From Alphaproteobacteria bacterium (GTDB lineage Bacteria; Pseudomonadota; Alphaproteobacteria; Bin95): DNA of 64,000 nucleotides. Shown piece by piece: positions 26,929-37,222 of this stretch (position 1 is the first letter of the stretch; every line of letters starts with the position of its first letter). The DNA lies in assembly GCA_964291285.2 (NCBI GenBank), contig OZ219787.1, positions 768,001 to 832,000 of the forward strand. The letters are read 5' to 3'. A program made the translations under genes and the position numbers. Below the pieces are notes generated by a model. It was given only the letters and a program-made list of their open reading frames with translations. It searched no databases and was not told where the DNA came from.

Positions 26929-27921
26929 TCAGCGTCCGACAGCCTTCCAGAAGTCTTCGATGACCATCTTGGCCTTCGGGTGGGCGTCCATGAACGCGCC
27001 GACCATGGGCTTGGTCGCGTCCTGCATGCCCGAGAGCATTTCAGGCGTCACCACGCCCATCGCGACGCCGTTGTCGTTCAGGATCTTGGACTTCGCCTCG
27101 TCCTCCATGCGGCTCACATCCCAGAACGGGGCCTCGAGCCTCCTGGCGGTTTCCTCGATCGCGGCCCGGTCCTTCTCGTCGATGGCCGCCCAGGCGTCGA
27201 GATTGACGTTCATCATGTTCGAGCCCCAGACATGGGCGGTCGGGTACATGAACTTGAGGAACTCCCAGAACTTGCCGTCCACGCCGGAACTCGCGGAGGT
27301 GGTGACGGCGTCGATGGTGCCGGCGGCCAGCGACGGCACGACCTCGCCCCAGGGAAGCTGGACCGCCGTCATGCCGATGGCATTGAACAGCGCGGTGGTC
27401 GTCTTGTCATAAGTGCGGATCTTGATGCCCGCCAGGTCTTCGAGCTTCCCGATCGGCACCTTCGTGTACACATACTGCCGGGGCCACGGCACTATGTAGA
27501 GGAGCTTCTGGTTGAACTGGGCCAGAACCTCGTCCAGCACGGGGCGGAAGTGCTGGTGCAGCTGCCGCAACTCGTCGAAACCGGAGACCAGATAGGGCTG
27601 GGCCTCAATGCCGACGATCGGCGCCTCTCCGACCTGCTGGTTCAGCAGCACGTCGCCGATCGGCACGAGCCCGTCGCGGACTGCGGTCAGCATCTCCGGG
27701 CCCTTGAAGCCCAGCGAGCCGCCGGGGTGGATGTTGATCTTGATGCGGCCCTCGGTCGCCTTCTCGACCTCGGCAGCGAACACCTTGGCGTTTTCGACAT
27801 GGAAATTGCCGTCCGGCCAGGCCAGCGGCAGGTCCCATTCGGCCGCCGAAAGCGCGGTGGCGCCGAACGAGAGCAGCGCAGCCGCCGTCGTCACAGGCAA
27901 GACTCGACGCATAGCGGTCAT
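26929..27921 (-). CDS. dctP: TRAP substrate-binding protein
   Basis: Signal peptide, HPGGSLG, DL.G.KIR, PWGEV. Confidence 0.92.
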   Translation of the reverse strand: MTAMRRVLPVTTAAALLSFGATALSAAEWDLPLAWPDGNFHVENAKVFAAEVEKATEGRIKINIHPGGSLGFKGPEMLTAVRDGLVPIGDVLLNQQVGEAPIVGIEAQPYLVSGFDELRQLHQHFRPVLDEVLAQFNQKLLYIVPWPRQYVYTKVPIGKLEDLAGIKIRTYDKTTTALFNAIGMTAVQLPWGEVVPSLAAGTIDAVTTSASSGVDGKFWEFLKFMYPTAHVWGSNMMNVNLDAWAAIDEKDRAAIEETARRLEAPFWDVSRMEDEAKSKILNDNGVAMGVVTPEMLSGMQDATKPMVGAFMDAHPKAKMVIEDFWKAVGR

Positions 27922-28127
27922 GGAAATTCCTCCTCCCGGTTGCTACGTCAGCGGACAAAGCAGGACTCCCTCATGCCCGCCGGCGACTCGCAGTCCTGCT
28001 TGTCCCGCTGTCGAAACACTCGCGCAGCCAGCCTGGGCTGTCAAATGCCGCGCGATGCCGCCCGGGCCGGGTCCCGGTCCCCGCGCGTCTCCCCCGAACG
28101 GGGGCGGTATGCTAGGCTCCGCGCGCA

Positions 28128-28739
28128 ATGGCAGTCCACCTCCACCGCGACGATATTCCCGAGGGCCTGACCTTCGGCACCATGGCGGCGGTCGATACCG
28201 AGACCATGGGGCTGAAGCCGTCACGGGACCGGCTCTGCGTGGTCCAGCTCTCGGCCGGGGACGGCAACGCGCATCTGGTCCAGTTTCCCGACGGCGACTA
28301 TGGCGCCCCGCGCCTCAGAGCCTTGTTGACGGACCCGGGCGTCACCAAATTGTTCCACTTCGCCCGCTTCGACCTCGCCGTGCTGGAGCGCTATCTCGGC
28401 GCGGCGGCATGGCCCGTCTATTGCACCCGCACGGCCTCGCGGCTGGTGCGCACCTACACCGACCGGCACGGCCTGAAGGACCTCTGCAAGGAGTTGCTCG
28501 GCATCGAAATCTCCAAGACGCAGCAATCGTCCGACTGGGGCGCGCCGGACCTCACCGGGCCGCAGCGGGACTACGCCGCCGCCGATGTGTTGTATCTTCA
28601 CCGCCTGAAGGAGCGGCTGGACTCGATGCTCGCCAGGGAGGGACGGACGGAACTGGCGTCGGCCTGTTTCGATTTCCTGCCGGTGCGCGCGCGGCTCGAC
28701 CTCGAAGGCTGGGCGGAGGAGGACATCTTTGCTCACTGA
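28128..28739 (+). CDS. rnd: ribonuclease D-like 3'-5' exonuclease
   Basis: VDTETMGL..RDRLC, FHFARFD, QQSSDWG, YAAADV. Confidence 0.9.
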   Translation: MAVHLHRDDIPEGLTFGTMAAVDTETMGLKPSRDRLCVVQLSAGDGNAHLVQFPDGDYGAPRLRALLTDPGVTKLFHFARFDLAVLERYLGAAAWPVYCTRTASRLVRTYTDRHGLKDLCKELLGIEISKTQQSSDWGAPDLTGPQRDYAAADVLYLHRLKERLDSMLAREGRTELASACFDFLPVRARLDLEGWAEEDIFAH

Positions 28740-29700
28740 ATCGCCGGATAACGCAGTGCGCGCGGCCGGGCGCCGGGTGCTGGCGATGGAAGCGGACGCG
28801 CTGCTGTCGCTCGCCGACAGCCTGGACGGCGCCTTCGACGAAGCGATCGATATCCTGGCCGGAGCCAGCGGGCGGGTGATCGTTTGCGGGATGGGCAAGA
28901 GCGGCCATGTCGCCGTCAAGATCGCCTCCACCCTGGCCTCGACCGGCACGCCCGCGCATTTCGTTCATCCGGGCGAGGCGGCGCATGGCGACCTCGGGAT
29001 GATTGCGCGGGACGACGTCCTGCTGGCGCTTTCGAACTCAGGCGGCACCGCCGAGCTCGCGGCCGTGATCGCCCATGCGGCGCGCTACTCCGTGCCCCTG
29101 ATCGCGGTAACGGCGAATGCCGACAGCCCGCTCGCGGAAGCGGCGGCGCTTGCTGTCGTGCTGCCGCCGGTGTCGGAGGCCTGCCCGATGGGCCTCGCGC
29201 CCACCACCTCGACCACCATGATGCTGGCGCTCGGCGATGCCCTGGCGGTGGCGCTGCTTGAGCGCAAGGGTTTCTCGGCAGACGATTTCCGCACCCTGCA
29301 CCCCGGTGGTTCGCTCGGCCAGAGCCTCAAGCTCGTCTCCGACATCATGCATGCAGGCGACGCCATGCCGCTCGTCGGGCCCGACACGGTCATGGGCGAG
29401 GCCTTGTTCGAAATTTCGTCCAAGGCGTTCGGCTGCGTCGGCGTGACGGACGATGCGGGAGCGCTTCTCGGCATCGTGACGGATGGCGACCTGCGGCGCT
29501 CGATGAGCACCGACCTGCTGCAACGCCCCGTCTCGGCGATCATGACCGCGTCGCCCAAGACCATCCGCCCGAGGGCGCTGGTGGCCGAGGCGCTGGCGGT
29601 CATGAACGAGGCGCAGATTACCGCCCTCTTCGTCGTCGAGGACGATGCGCCCGTCGGCATCGTCCATGTCCATGACTGCCTGCGCGCCGGGGTCGCCTGA
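28729..29700 (+). CDS. kdsD: KpsF/GutQ arabinose-5-phosphate isomerase
   Basis: GMGKSGH, ASTGTP, HGDLG, APTTST, HPGG plus CBS pair. Confidence 0.93.
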   Translation: MLTESPDNAVRAAGRRVLAMEADALLSLADSLDGAFDEAIDILAGASGRVIVCGMGKSGHVAVKIASTLASTGTPAHFVHPGEAAHGDLGMIARDDVLLALSNSGGTAELAAVIAHAARYSVPLIAVTANADSPLAEAAALAVVLPPVSEACPMGLAPTTSTTMMLALGDALAVALLERKGFSADDFRTLHPGGSLGQSLKLVSDIMHAGDAMPLVGPDTVMGEALFEISSKAFGCVGVTDDAGALLGIVTDGDLRRSMSTDLLQRPVSAIMTASPKTIRPRALVAEALAVMNEAQITALFVVEDDAPVGIVHVHDCLRAGVA

Positions 29701-29703
29701 GCG

Positions 29704-30342
29704 GTGGCGGCCCGCGGCCAGGCATATTTCGCTTTCGTCGGCAGAGGCCGGCGGCCACAGGATTTCCGCTTTTACTCGTCCTTCGTGCGGGCCGCGAAGA
29801 TCGCCTTGCCGTCCGCGGCGGCGGCCCTGCTGCTGGCGGTCTTCGCCTGGCCGGAAACCGAGGAGATTCTGGGACCGGAATGGAAGGACGAGGCCGCCGC
29901 AGAGTTCGCGATGACCAATATGGAGGCGTATGGCTGGGACGAGGACCGGCCCTACTCGATCCGGTCCACCGGCATCCGGCGGCTCGGCAATGAAGGCCGG
30001 CGCTTCCACATGGACCACCCAACGGCCTGGATGGTCCTTCCGGACGGCGCCTGGCTCTCCGGCAGCGGCGAGAGCGGCGTCGTGGACTGGACCGAGCGGA
30101 CCGTGCATCTGTCGGGCGAGGTCCAGCTCCGCCACGAAGCCGGCTATGCGGTCCTCACCCAGTCGGCTTTCGTCAACATTGCGGAGAGAACCGCGTCCGG
30201 CGACGGGCCGCTGGAGGGCGCGGGCAATTCCGGCCGCTTCCGGGCCGAGGGATTCCGGGTCCTGGACGGCGGCAACAGGATCCGCCTGCTTGGCCGTTCG
30301 GCCGTCAGGTTCGATCCTGCCCCGGCCGCACCGCAGCAATGA
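29704..30342 (+). CDS. lptC: LPS export protein LptC
   Basis: N-terminal TM plus beta-rich domain; position between kdsD and lptA. Confidence 0.75.
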   Translation: MAARGQAYFAFVGRGRRPQDFRFYSSFVRAAKIALPSAAAALLLAVFAWPETEEILGPEWKDEAAAEFAMTNMEAYGWDEDRPYSIRSTGIRRLGNEGRRFHMDHPTAWMVLPDGAWLSGSGESGVVDWTERTVHLSGEVQLRHEAGYAVLTQSAFVNIAERTASGDGPLEGAGNSGRFRAEGFRVLDGGNRIRLLGRSAVRFDPAPAAPQQ

Positions 30343-31139
30343 AGCCGGCCGCGTTAGCCGTCCTTGCGGTTCTCGCCTCCGCGGCGGCATGGGGCTTCGA
30401 GCTCGACCTTGCGACCGGGTCTGGCGGGCCGTTCCAGATCGAGGCCGGCCGCAGCATCGAGTGGCGCCGGGACGAAAAGGTCTATATCGCGGAGGGCAAT
30501 GTCCGCGCCGAACAGGGCGGGCTGGTGCTGCAGGCGGAGACCCTGTCCGCCTACTATCGGTCGGACGACGCCGGGAAGACGCAAATCGAGCGGGTCGAGG
30601 CCGAGGGCGGCGTGACAATCGACTCTCCGGACGGAACGGCGAACGGCAGGGAGGCGATCTACGACCTCGACCGGTCGCTTATCGTGCTTCGCGGCGGCGA
30701 CCTCTCGCTCCAGACCACTGACTACCGGGTCACGGCGCGCGACAGCCTCGAATTCCACAGGGGCGAGAATTACGCCGTGGCGCGCGGCGCAGCGCAGGCC
30801 GTGCGGGCGGAGGAGTCCGTCTCGGCCGAAACGCTGGTGTTGCGGTTCGAGGATACGGGAGACGGCAAGCTGGCGGCGCGGCGCCTGGAGGCGTTCGGCA
30901 AGGTCGAGGTCCGCAGCGGGCCGGACTCGGTTACAGGCGAGCGCGGCTTCTACGACACCGAGGCGCAGACCGCCGAAGTCTGCGGTGATGTCCGCTTGCA
31001 GCAAGGCCCCAACCGGATGGCCGGCGAATGCGCCGAGGTGGACATTGCAAGGGGCCGCAGCCGCCTGGTGGCAGGCGCCGGCGGGCGGGTGAGCGGTCTG
31101 TTCGAGCCCGGAGCAACGGACCTCGCGCCGGCGCGATGA
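30339..31139 (+). CDS. lptA: LptA/OstA family protein
   Basis: Signal peptide, duplicated OstA-like repeats, position. Confidence 0.82.
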   Translation: MKPAALAVLAVLASAAAWGFELDLATGSGGPFQIEAGRSIEWRRDEKVYIAEGNVRAEQGGLVLQAETLSAYYRSDDAGKTQIERVEAEGGVTIDSPDGTANGREAIYDLDRSLIVLRGGDLSLQTTDYRVTARDSLEFHRGENYAVARGAAQAVRAEESVSAETLVLRFEDTGDGKLAARRLEAFGKVEVRSGPDSVTGERGFYDTEAQTAEVCGDVRLQQGPNRMAGECAEVDIARGRSRLVAGAGGRVSGLFEPGATDLAPAR

Positions 31140-31879
31140 AGGAGCCCGGCCTCGCCGCATCCGGCCTTACTGCCTCCGGCCTCGCCAAACGCTATCGCAG
31201 ACGCACGGTCCTGCGCGATGTCTCGCTTTCCGTCGGCAGAGGCGAGGCGGTCGGCCTGCTCGGGCCCAACGGCGCCGGCAAGACCACCTGCTTCTACATC
31301 ATGACCGGCCTGACGGCGCCGGACAGCGGAAATGTCGGCATAGACGGGCAGGATGTGACCGGCCTTCCGCTCTACCGCCGCGCGCGGCTCGGGCTCGGCT
31401 ATCTGCCCCAGGAGCCCTCGATCTTCCGCGGCATGACGGTCGAGGCGAACATCCGCGCCGTGCTCGAAGTCGTCGAGAAGGACCGGAACACGCGCGCCGC
31501 GGTGCTGGAAGACCTGCTGGAGGAGTTCGCCATCGGCCATTTGCGCCGTTCGGCGGCATTGGCGCTTTCCGGCGGCGAGCGGCGGCGGGTGGAGATCGCG
31601 CGCGCGCTCGCGGCGCGTCCGAACTACGTCCTGCTGGATGAGCCGCTGGCCGGCATCGACCCCATTGCCGTCGGCGAGATCCGCGACCTCGTCTCCCACC
31701 TCAAGGACCGCGGCATCGGCGTGCTGATTACCGACCACAATGTCCGCGAGACGCTGGAGATCGTGGATCGCGCCTATATCCTGGCGGGCGGGGCGATCCT
31801 CAAGGAGGGCCTCCCGGCGGACATCATCGCCGACGAGCATGTGCGCCGCGTCTATCTGGGCGACAGCTTCAGCCTTTAG
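31136..31879 (+). CDS. lptB: LPS export ABC ATPase
   Basis: GPNGAGKTT, YLPQEPSIF, LSGGERRRVEIAR, ITDHNVRETL. Confidence 0.95.
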   Translation: MKEPGLAASGLTASGLAKRYRRRTVLRDVSLSVGRGEAVGLLGPNGAGKTTCFYIMTGLTAPDSGNVGIDGQDVTGLPLYRRARLGLGYLPQEPSIFRGMTVEANIRAVLEVVEKDRNTRAAVLEDLLEEFAIGHLRRSAALALSGGERRRVEIARALAARPNYVLLDEPLAGIDPIAVGEIRDLVSHLKDRGIGVLITDHNVRETLEIVDRAYILAGGAILKEGLPADIIADEHVRRVYLGDSFSL

Positions 31880-31935
31880 CACCGTTTTGGGCTATAACCT
31901 CCCTCGGGCAGAGGACGGGAGCGGCGAACGGCTGC

Positions 31936-33363
31936 ATGAGGACGATGACGCTCGGACCGAGGCTGCGGCAACGCCAGGCCCAGGGGCTGGTGATGACGCC
32001 CAGATTGCAGCAGTCGATCAGGCTGCTGCAGATGGGCAGCCTCGAACTGGAGGCGTTCGTCGAGTCCCAGCTGGAGGAGAACCCGCTGCTGAAGCGCGGC
32101 GAAGCCGATGGCGAGGCCGCGCCCGCCGCGCCCGGCGGGCCCGATTTCCCCGCCGAAACGACAGGTGACGGCTTCCTTGCGCCGGAAGCGTTTGCGGCCC
32201 CCGGCGCTGCCGCCGGCTTCGACGGCGATTTGCCCGGTCCCGAAGAGCGGGTGGCGGCGGCGCCCAGCCTGCGCGACCGCCTGGAACGGCAGTTGATGCT
32301 GGATATCGCCGACCCCCGCGACCGGCTGATCGGGCGGGCGGTCATCGACGCGCTCGACCCCTCCGGGTGGTTCACGGCCGATCCGGAAGCCTTCGCCGCC
32401 GGCCTCGGCGCCTTGCCGGACGATGTCGAGCGGGTGTTGCTCAGCCTGCAGCAGTTCGAGCCGGCGGGCCTGTTCGCCCGGTCGCTCGCCGAGTGCCTGG
32501 CGCTGCAACTGCGCGACCGGGGCCGCTACGGACCGGCCATGGCGGCGCTGCTCGACAATCTGGACCTGCTGGCGGCGGGACGGTTCGACGCGCTCGCCAG
32601 GGCCTGCGGCGTCGATGGGGACGAGCTCGCGGGGATGGTGCGCGAACTGCGTTCGCTGGATCCGAAACCGGCGTCCGCTTTCGACGAAGATGCGGCCGCC
32701 ATGCCGGTCATCCCGGATATCCTGGTCCGCGCGCATGCCGGCGGCGGCTGGGCGGTCGAACTCAATGACGAGGCGCTGCCGCGCGTTCTGGTGGACCGCG
32801 AATACTATGCGCGCGTGCGCGGCGATGCGGCCTCGGACGCCGACCGCGAGTTTATCGCCGACAGGCTGAGCAGCGCCAACTGGCTGGTGAAGGCGCTGCA
32901 CCAGCGGGCGGAAACCATGCTCAAGGTCGCCGCCGAACTGGTGCGCCGGCAGCAGGATTTCTTCGCCCGGGGAGTCCGGCATCTGCGCCCGCTGACGCTC
33001 AGGGACATTGCGGAGGCGGTGGGAATCCACGAGAGCACGGTGAGCCGCGTGACCGCCAACAAGACCATGGCCACGCCGCTCGGCCTCTTCGAGCTCAAAT
33101 ATTTCTTTACCGCCGCCATAGCGGGGACGGGCGGCGGCGAGGCCCATTCCGCGGAAGCCGTCCGGCACCGGCTGAAGGCGCTGATCGATGCCGAGGACCC
33201 CGGCGGGACGCTGTCGGACGACAGGCTGGTGGCCGCAATGCGCATCGAGGGCATCGAGATTGCGCGCCGCACGGTCGCCAAATACCGGGAGACGATGGGC
33301 ATTCCGTCCTCCGCGCAGCGCCGCCGGCGCAAATTGGCGGGCGCTGTTGGAAAAGCCCATTGA
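31936..33363 (+). CDS. rpoN: RNA polymerase sigma-54 factor
   Basis: MTPRLQQSI, HESTVSR, RpoN box ARRTVAKYRE. Confidence 0.96.
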   Translation: MRTMTLGPRLRQRQAQGLVMTPRLQQSIRLLQMGSLELEAFVESQLEENPLLKRGEADGEAAPAAPGGPDFPAETTGDGFLAPEAFAAPGAAAGFDGDLPGPEERVAAAPSLRDRLERQLMLDIADPRDRLIGRAVIDALDPSGWFTADPEAFAAGLGALPDDVERVLLSLQQFEPAGLFARSLAECLALQLRDRGRYGPAMAALLDNLDLLAAGRFDALARACGVDGDELAGMVRELRSLDPKPASAFDEDAAAMPVIPDILVRAHAGGGWAVELNDEALPRVLVDREYYARVRGDAASDADREFIADRLSSANWLVKALHQRAETMLKVAAELVRRQQDFFARGVRHLRPLTLRDIAEAVGIHESTVSRVTANKTMATPLGLFELKYFFTAAIAGTGGGEAHSAEAVRHRLKALIDAEDPGGTLSDDRLVAAMRIEGIEIARRTVAKYRETMGIPSSAQRRRRKLAGAVGKAH

Positions 33364-33430
33364 CCGGGGACGGTCCGCGCTCCTAATTACCCGAAGAACC
33401 GCCCGGTCCGGAGACAGTGGGGAGCGGCAG

Positions 33431-34015
33431 GTGCGGATTTCCGTAAGCGGTAAGCAATTGGAGGTGAGCCAGAGGCTCGCCGACAGGGTCAAGGCGTCAC
33501 TCGAGCAGTCGGTGGCCCGCTATTTCGACAGGGCGATCGACGCCCAGATCGCGTTCTCCAAGCAGGGCGCGGGCGTCCGGGCCGATGTCTCGGTCCATGC
33601 CGGGCGCGGGCTCACGGTGCAGACGCACGGCCAGGCGGCGGACCCGTGGCTGGCCTTCGGCGAGGCCGAGGACAAGGTGGCGAAGCGCCTTCGCCGCCAC
33701 AAGCGCCGGCTGCGCAGCCACCATCGCCGCGAAGAGGCCGAACTGGACCGCTGGTCCGTCGCCCATCGCATCCTCGACGAGCCGGAAGGGGCCGCCGAGG
33801 AGGCGGCCGAGGACGCGCCGGCGATCATCGCCGAGATGACCGAGGACGTGCTCACGCTCAGCGTCGGCGAGGCGGTGATGCGCATGGACTTCGGCGGCCA
33901 GCCGGCCCTGCTCTTCCGCAATGCCGCGCATGGGGGGCTGAACATGATCTACCGGCGCGCCGACGGCAATGTCGGCTGGGTTGACCCCGACGGCCAGCCC
34001 GGCCGCAGCGGCTGA
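33431..34015 (+). CDS. hpf: ribosome hibernation promoting factor (long HPF)
   Basis: GTG start, RISVSGKQ, KRLRRHKRRL, IYRRADGNVGW. Confidence 0.9.
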   Translation: MRISVSGKQLEVSQRLADRVKASLEQSVARYFDRAIDAQIAFSKQGAGVRADVSVHAGRGLTVQTHGQAADPWLAFGEAEDKVAKRLRRHKRRLRSHHRREEAELDRWSVAHRILDEPEGAAEEAAEDAPAIIAEMTEDVLTLSVGEAVMRMDFGGQPALLFRNAAHGGLNMIYRRADGNVGWVDPDGQPGRSG

Positions 34016-34022
34016 CGCCGCG

Positions 34023-34469
34023 ATGGGCGTCCTCGAGCTGGTCGGCCCCGACGGCGTGATCGCCGATCTGGAGGCGTCCAGCAAGAAACACGCGCTGGAG
34101 CAGATGGCGTCGGTCGCGGCCGACAGCCTGGGGCTCAGCTCGAAGGCGGTGTTCACCGTGCTGGTGGACCGGGAGAAGCTCGGCAGCACCGGCGTCGGGC
34201 GCGGCATCGCCATTCCCCATGCCAAAATGGCCGGCCTCGACGGCATTCACGGCTTCCTCATCCGCTCGCGGGAGGCCGTGCCCTTCGAGGCCGTGGACGA
34301 CGAGCCGGTCGATCTCTTCTTCCTGCTGCTCGCGCCCGAAAGCGCCGGCGCGGAGCATTTGAAGGCGCTGGCGCGGGTCTCGCGCGCGCTGCGCGATCGG
34401 GACACGGTAAGGGCGCTCCGGGAGGCCGGGGGCGCCGCCGCCATGCGCGCCGTGCTGGAGGAGCGCTAG
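34023..34469 (+). CDS. ptsN: PTS IIA-Ntr
   Basis: REKLGSTGVG.GIAIPH, HLKALARVSR. Confidence 0.92.
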   Translation: MGVLELVGPDGVIADLEASSKKHALEQMASVAADSLGLSSKAVFTVLVDREKLGSTGVGRGIAIPHAKMAGLDGIHGFLIRSREAVPFEAVDDEPVDLFFLLLAPESAGAEHLKALARVSRALRDRDTVRALREAGGAAAMRAVLEER

Positions 34470-34475
34470 GGCGGA

Positions 34476-35651
34476 CTACCCCTGCGGCTGCGTCCTGTCG
34501 CGCATCCGGCGCGCAAGCACGCCCGCCAGCAGCAGGCTGCACGCCGACAGCGCCGCCATGAACCAGAACGCATCGCCGCCGAAGCCCTCGTAGAGCGGCC
34601 CGGCCGCCAGCAGCGCGCAGCCGAGCGCGCCGCCCATCGCAATGGACGAATAAAGGCCCTGTGCGGTCGCCGAGATTTCGGGCGGGACATGGCGCTGGAG
34701 GTAGATCATGCCGCCGAGATGCGTCGCGGCGAAGGTGAAGCCGTGCAGCATCTGGACGGGCGCGAGCAGCCACAAGTCGGTCGTCAGCGCCGTGCCGGCC
34801 CAGCGCAGCATGGCCGCCGAAGCGCCGAGCGCAATCAGGCCGGCAATGCCGAGCCGGTTCACGACCCTGTTGCCGAGCGCGAAGAGCGCAACTTCCGAGA
34901 TGACGCCCACCGCCCATAGCGGCCCGGTGATGTCCTTGTCGTAGCCTGCTTTCTCCCAGTGGATCGTGCCGTAGCCCATCAGCACGGCGTGGCTCGCCAT
35001 GTTGAAGGCGATGGCGCCGGTGCAGAGCAGGAAGCCGGTGTCCTGCACCAGCCGCCCGAGCGCCCGGCGCATGGCCCGGCGCGCGCCCGGCGGGGTCTCC
35101 GGGCGGGCGTCCGGAAGGGTTGCCGTCGCCGCCGCCACCAGCACGAGCCCGCCGATCATGGCCGCGACGATGGCCTCGTCGCCGCGCCCGGCCAGCACCC
35201 ACCCGCCGGCCGTCGAGGCCAGGATGAAGGCGACCGAGCCCCAGACGCGCATCCTGCCGTAGTCGAGCCGGCGGGCGCGGGCCGTCAGCAGCGCGATATT
35301 GTCCGAAAGCGGCAGCGTCGGCCCGTGGGCAAGCGCGAACAGCAGCACGAGGCCGAGCACCGGCCAGAAGCCCTCCGCCAGCGGAAAGCAGGCCGCGACC
35401 ACCACGGAGGCGAGCGCGAAGCGAAACGCATAGCGCCGTCTTTCGCCCCGCCAGTCCGCGAACAGCATGACGCCCGGATTGACGGCCACCCGCAGGAATA
35501 TGCTCGCGGCCATGACCCAGGCGATGTCGGTCGCGTCCAGGCCCCGCGACTCCAGCCAGAGCGGGAAAAAGGGCTGATAGACGCCGACCATGGTGAAATA
35601 GGCGGTATAGAAGAGCGAGATACGGAGCGCGGGGCGCGCGGTCTCCGCCAT
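34476..35651 (-). CDS. MFS transporter (HcaT/LacY-like)
   Basis: About 12 TM segments; PFFPLWL, DYGRMRVWGS, LHGFTF. Confidence 0.85.
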   Translation of the reverse strand: MAETARPALRISLFYTAYFTMVGVYQPFFPLWLESRGLDATDIAWVMAASIFLRVAVNPGVMLFADWRGERRRYAFRFALASVVVAACFPLAEGFWPVLGLVLLFALAHGPTLPLSDNIALLTARARRLDYGRMRVWGSVAFILASTAGGWVLAGRGDEAIVAAMIGGLVLVAAATATLPDARPETPPGARRAMRRALGRLVQDTGFLLCTGAIAFNMASHAVLMGYGTIHWEKAGYDKDITGPLWAVGVISEVALFALGNRVVNRLGIAGLIALGASAAMLRWAGTALTTDLWLLAPVQMLHGFTFAATHLGGMIYLQRHVPPEISATAQGLYSSIAMGGALGCALLAAGPLYEGFGGDAFWFMAALSACSLLLAGVLARRMRDRTQPQG

Positions 35652-35723
35652 TCGGACCCGGGAGGTGCTCATGCCGCCGGCCTCGGGTATATGGAAGCGC
35701 CGACAGGGGGGGCCGGAACGGAC

Positions 35724-36248
35724 ATGGACGACTGGCGGGACGGGATTTTCGAGGCCATCAAGGCGGCGGGCGTGACCCAGGTCGCCTATGTGCCGGATGC
35801 CGGGCACAGCCGGCTGATCGAGCGCTCGATCGAGGACAACGACCTGCGCGCGGTGTCGCTCACCACCGAGGAGGAGGGCGTGGCGCTGCTCGCCGGCGCC
35901 TGGCTCGGCGGCGCGAAGGGCGTGCTGCTGCTGCAATCCTCGGGCGTCGGCAACTGCGTCAACATGCTCTCCCTGGCCAGGACCTGCGCCTTCCCGCTGG
36001 TGATGCTGGTGACCATGCGCGGCGAATGGGGCGAGTTCAATAGCTGGCAGAAGCCGATGGGCGTGACGACCCGGGCGCATCTGGAGCTTTGCGGCGCCAC
36101 CTGCTACCGCTGCGACCGGCCGGAGGACGTGCACGAGACCGTCGAGTCGGCCTTCCGCTTCGCCTATTTCACCAACTCCATCGCCGCCGTGCTGCTCGGG
36201 CAGCGGCTGATCGGCGCCAAGGTGTTCGAGGAGCCGGCCTCATGCTGA
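35724..36248 (+). CDS. sulfopyruvate/phosphonopyruvate decarboxylase-like alpha subunit
   Basis: YVPD, TTEEEG, LLQSSGVGN, MRG..GEFN.WQ. Confidence 0.85.
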   Translation: MDDWRDGIFEAIKAAGVTQVAYVPDAGHSRLIERSIEDNDLRAVSLTTEEEGVALLAGAWLGGAKGVLLLQSSGVGNCVNMLSLARTCAFPLVMLVTMRGEWGEFNSWQKPMGVTTRAHLELCGATCYRCDRPEDVHETVESAFRFAYFTNSIAAVLLGQRLIGAKVFEEPASC

Positions 36249-36817
36249 ACCGCAGGGAAGCCGTCAGCCGGCTGCTGGCGGACCGGGGCGACATGCTGGT
36301 GGTCGCGGGGCTCGGCCAGCCCTGCTTCGACTGCTTCGCGGCCGGCGACGACCCGCGCAACTTCTATCTCTGGGGCGCGATGGGCGGGGCCGTGCCGGCG
36401 GGTCTCGGGATCGCGCTTGCGCAGCCGGAGCGCCGGGTGCTGGTGGTGACGGGCGACGGCGACGCGCTGATGAGCGCGGGCGCGTTCGCCATCATCGGGG
36501 CCGAGGCGCCGGAGAACCTCGCGATCTGCATTCTCGACAATGAGCGCTATGGCGAGACCGGCGGGCAGGTGACGCACACGGCGCGCGGAGCGGACCTGGC
36601 GGCGATGGCGGCGGCGGGCGGCGTCCGGCAATCGTGGATGGTCCGCACGGAAGCGGAGCTGGCCGACGCCGTCGGCGCGCTCCGGTCCGGCGCGGGCCCC
36701 TTGGTCGCGGTCCTCAAGGTCGCGCCGGAAAGCGAGCCCGGCGCGCTGCCGCCGCAGGACGGGCCGCACCTCAAGCGCCGCTTCCGCACCGCCGCCCTCG
36801 GCGTCGAGGACAAGTAG
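36242..36817 (+). CDS. ThDP-binding decarboxylase beta subunit
   Basis: GAMG, TGDGD..LDN ThDP motif, ETGGQ. Confidence 0.85.
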   Translation: MLNRREAVSRLLADRGDMLVVAGLGQPCFDCFAAGDDPRNFYLWGAMGGAVPAGLGIALAQPERRVLVVTGDGDALMSAGAFAIIGAEAPENLAICILDNERYGETGGQVTHTARGADLAAMAAAGGVRQSWMVRTEAELADAVGALRSGAGPLVAVLKVAPESEPGALPPQDGPHLKRRFRTAALGVEDK

Positions 36818-36824
36818 GGCGTTC

Positions 36825-37199
36825 ATGACCGGGCTGCCTGTCGAGTTCCAGCCGGCCATCGGCCGCGATGCGCGGGCGGTGGCGGGCCTTGCGCGGGAGG
36901 CGGACGGCTCGATCTGCGCGGTCTGGCTGGCGGCGATCGGCGGGCTCGCGCTGGCCTTCCTGCTGTTCTTCGAGCCGGCCGGGATCGCGGCATGGATGAT
37001 CTACGCCAATGCGGGCGGGCTGGCGCTCTGCCTGCTGGCGGCGCTCGGGCGCTGGCTCGGCTGCACCGTCCGGGCGCGCCGGATCGCCGCCGCCTGGAAG
37101 CGGGCGGGCGTCGTCTTCCTGCCGGGGTCCGAAGGGCTTGTCGAATATGACGGCGCGGTCCACGATCCGGCGCCGCCGCCGCAGCATGGCGAACGGTAG
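36825..37199 (+). CDS. hypothetical membrane protein
   Basis: Two hydrophobic segments; fills the gap in an operon. Confidence 0.45.
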   Translation: MTGLPVEFQPAIGRDARAVAGLAREADGSICAVWLAAIGGLALAFLLFFEPAGIAAWMIYANAGGLALCLLAALGRWLGCTVRARRIAAAWKRAGVVFLPGSEGLVEYDGAVHDPAPPPQHGER

Positions 37200-37222
37200 A
37201 ACGGAACGGGGGAGCGCGGAAC

